A stretch of DNA of 64,000 nt from a virus, in the IMG/VR virus record IMGVR_UViG_3300025133_000023, one strand, 5' to 3'. Below the pieces are notes generated by a model. The model saw only the letters and a list, made by a program, of their open reading frames with translations. It made no database searches and was not told where the DNA came from. Numbering within the stretch: the first letter of the stretch is position 1; the number at the start of each line of letters is the position of its first letter. Made by a program: the position numbers and the translations under genes. Of the stretch, positions 63,960 to 64,000 are shown piece after piece.

Positions 63960-64000
63960 ACAATGACCCGTACCACAGTAGCCATTGTAGGCACCGCAGG

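Overview
The window is a 64-kb piece of a large tailed-phage genome (myovirus-like, since it has a contractile sheath), with two divergent arms. The left arm (1-45956, all minus strand, roughly mid-40s % GC by eye) is a continuous virion module. In transcription order it runs: M15 endolysin, possible TerS, a DEDDh+SNase nuclease fusion and Gly-rich putative internal proteins, TerL, portal-MuF, protease/scaffold, decoration protein, major capsid protein, neck, sheath, three tube paralogues, chaperones, tape-measure candidate, a 1768-aa protein with two-barrel RNA polymerase motifs, and a >1841-aa baseplate hub/M23 peptidase that runs off the left edge and is missing from the ORF track. The right arm (46393-64000, all plus strand, mostly high GC3) holds about 34 small, mostly unknown, early-type genes, including a prepilin-like peptide, a macro domain, a DUF5658-like protein and Cys-rich proteins. 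Its spacers are densely structured. The main candidate system is a virion-packaged single-chain two-barrel RNAP (DYDAD motif) together with an early arm carrying a four-copy covarying hairpin, two copies of an H-type pseudoknot element, and a near-complete stop-codon partition (28 of 31 left-arm genes end TAA; 25 of 34 right-arm genes end TAG). All protein assignments come from motif recognition by eye; no searches were run. No tRNA, rRNA, CRISPR array or integrase was seen.
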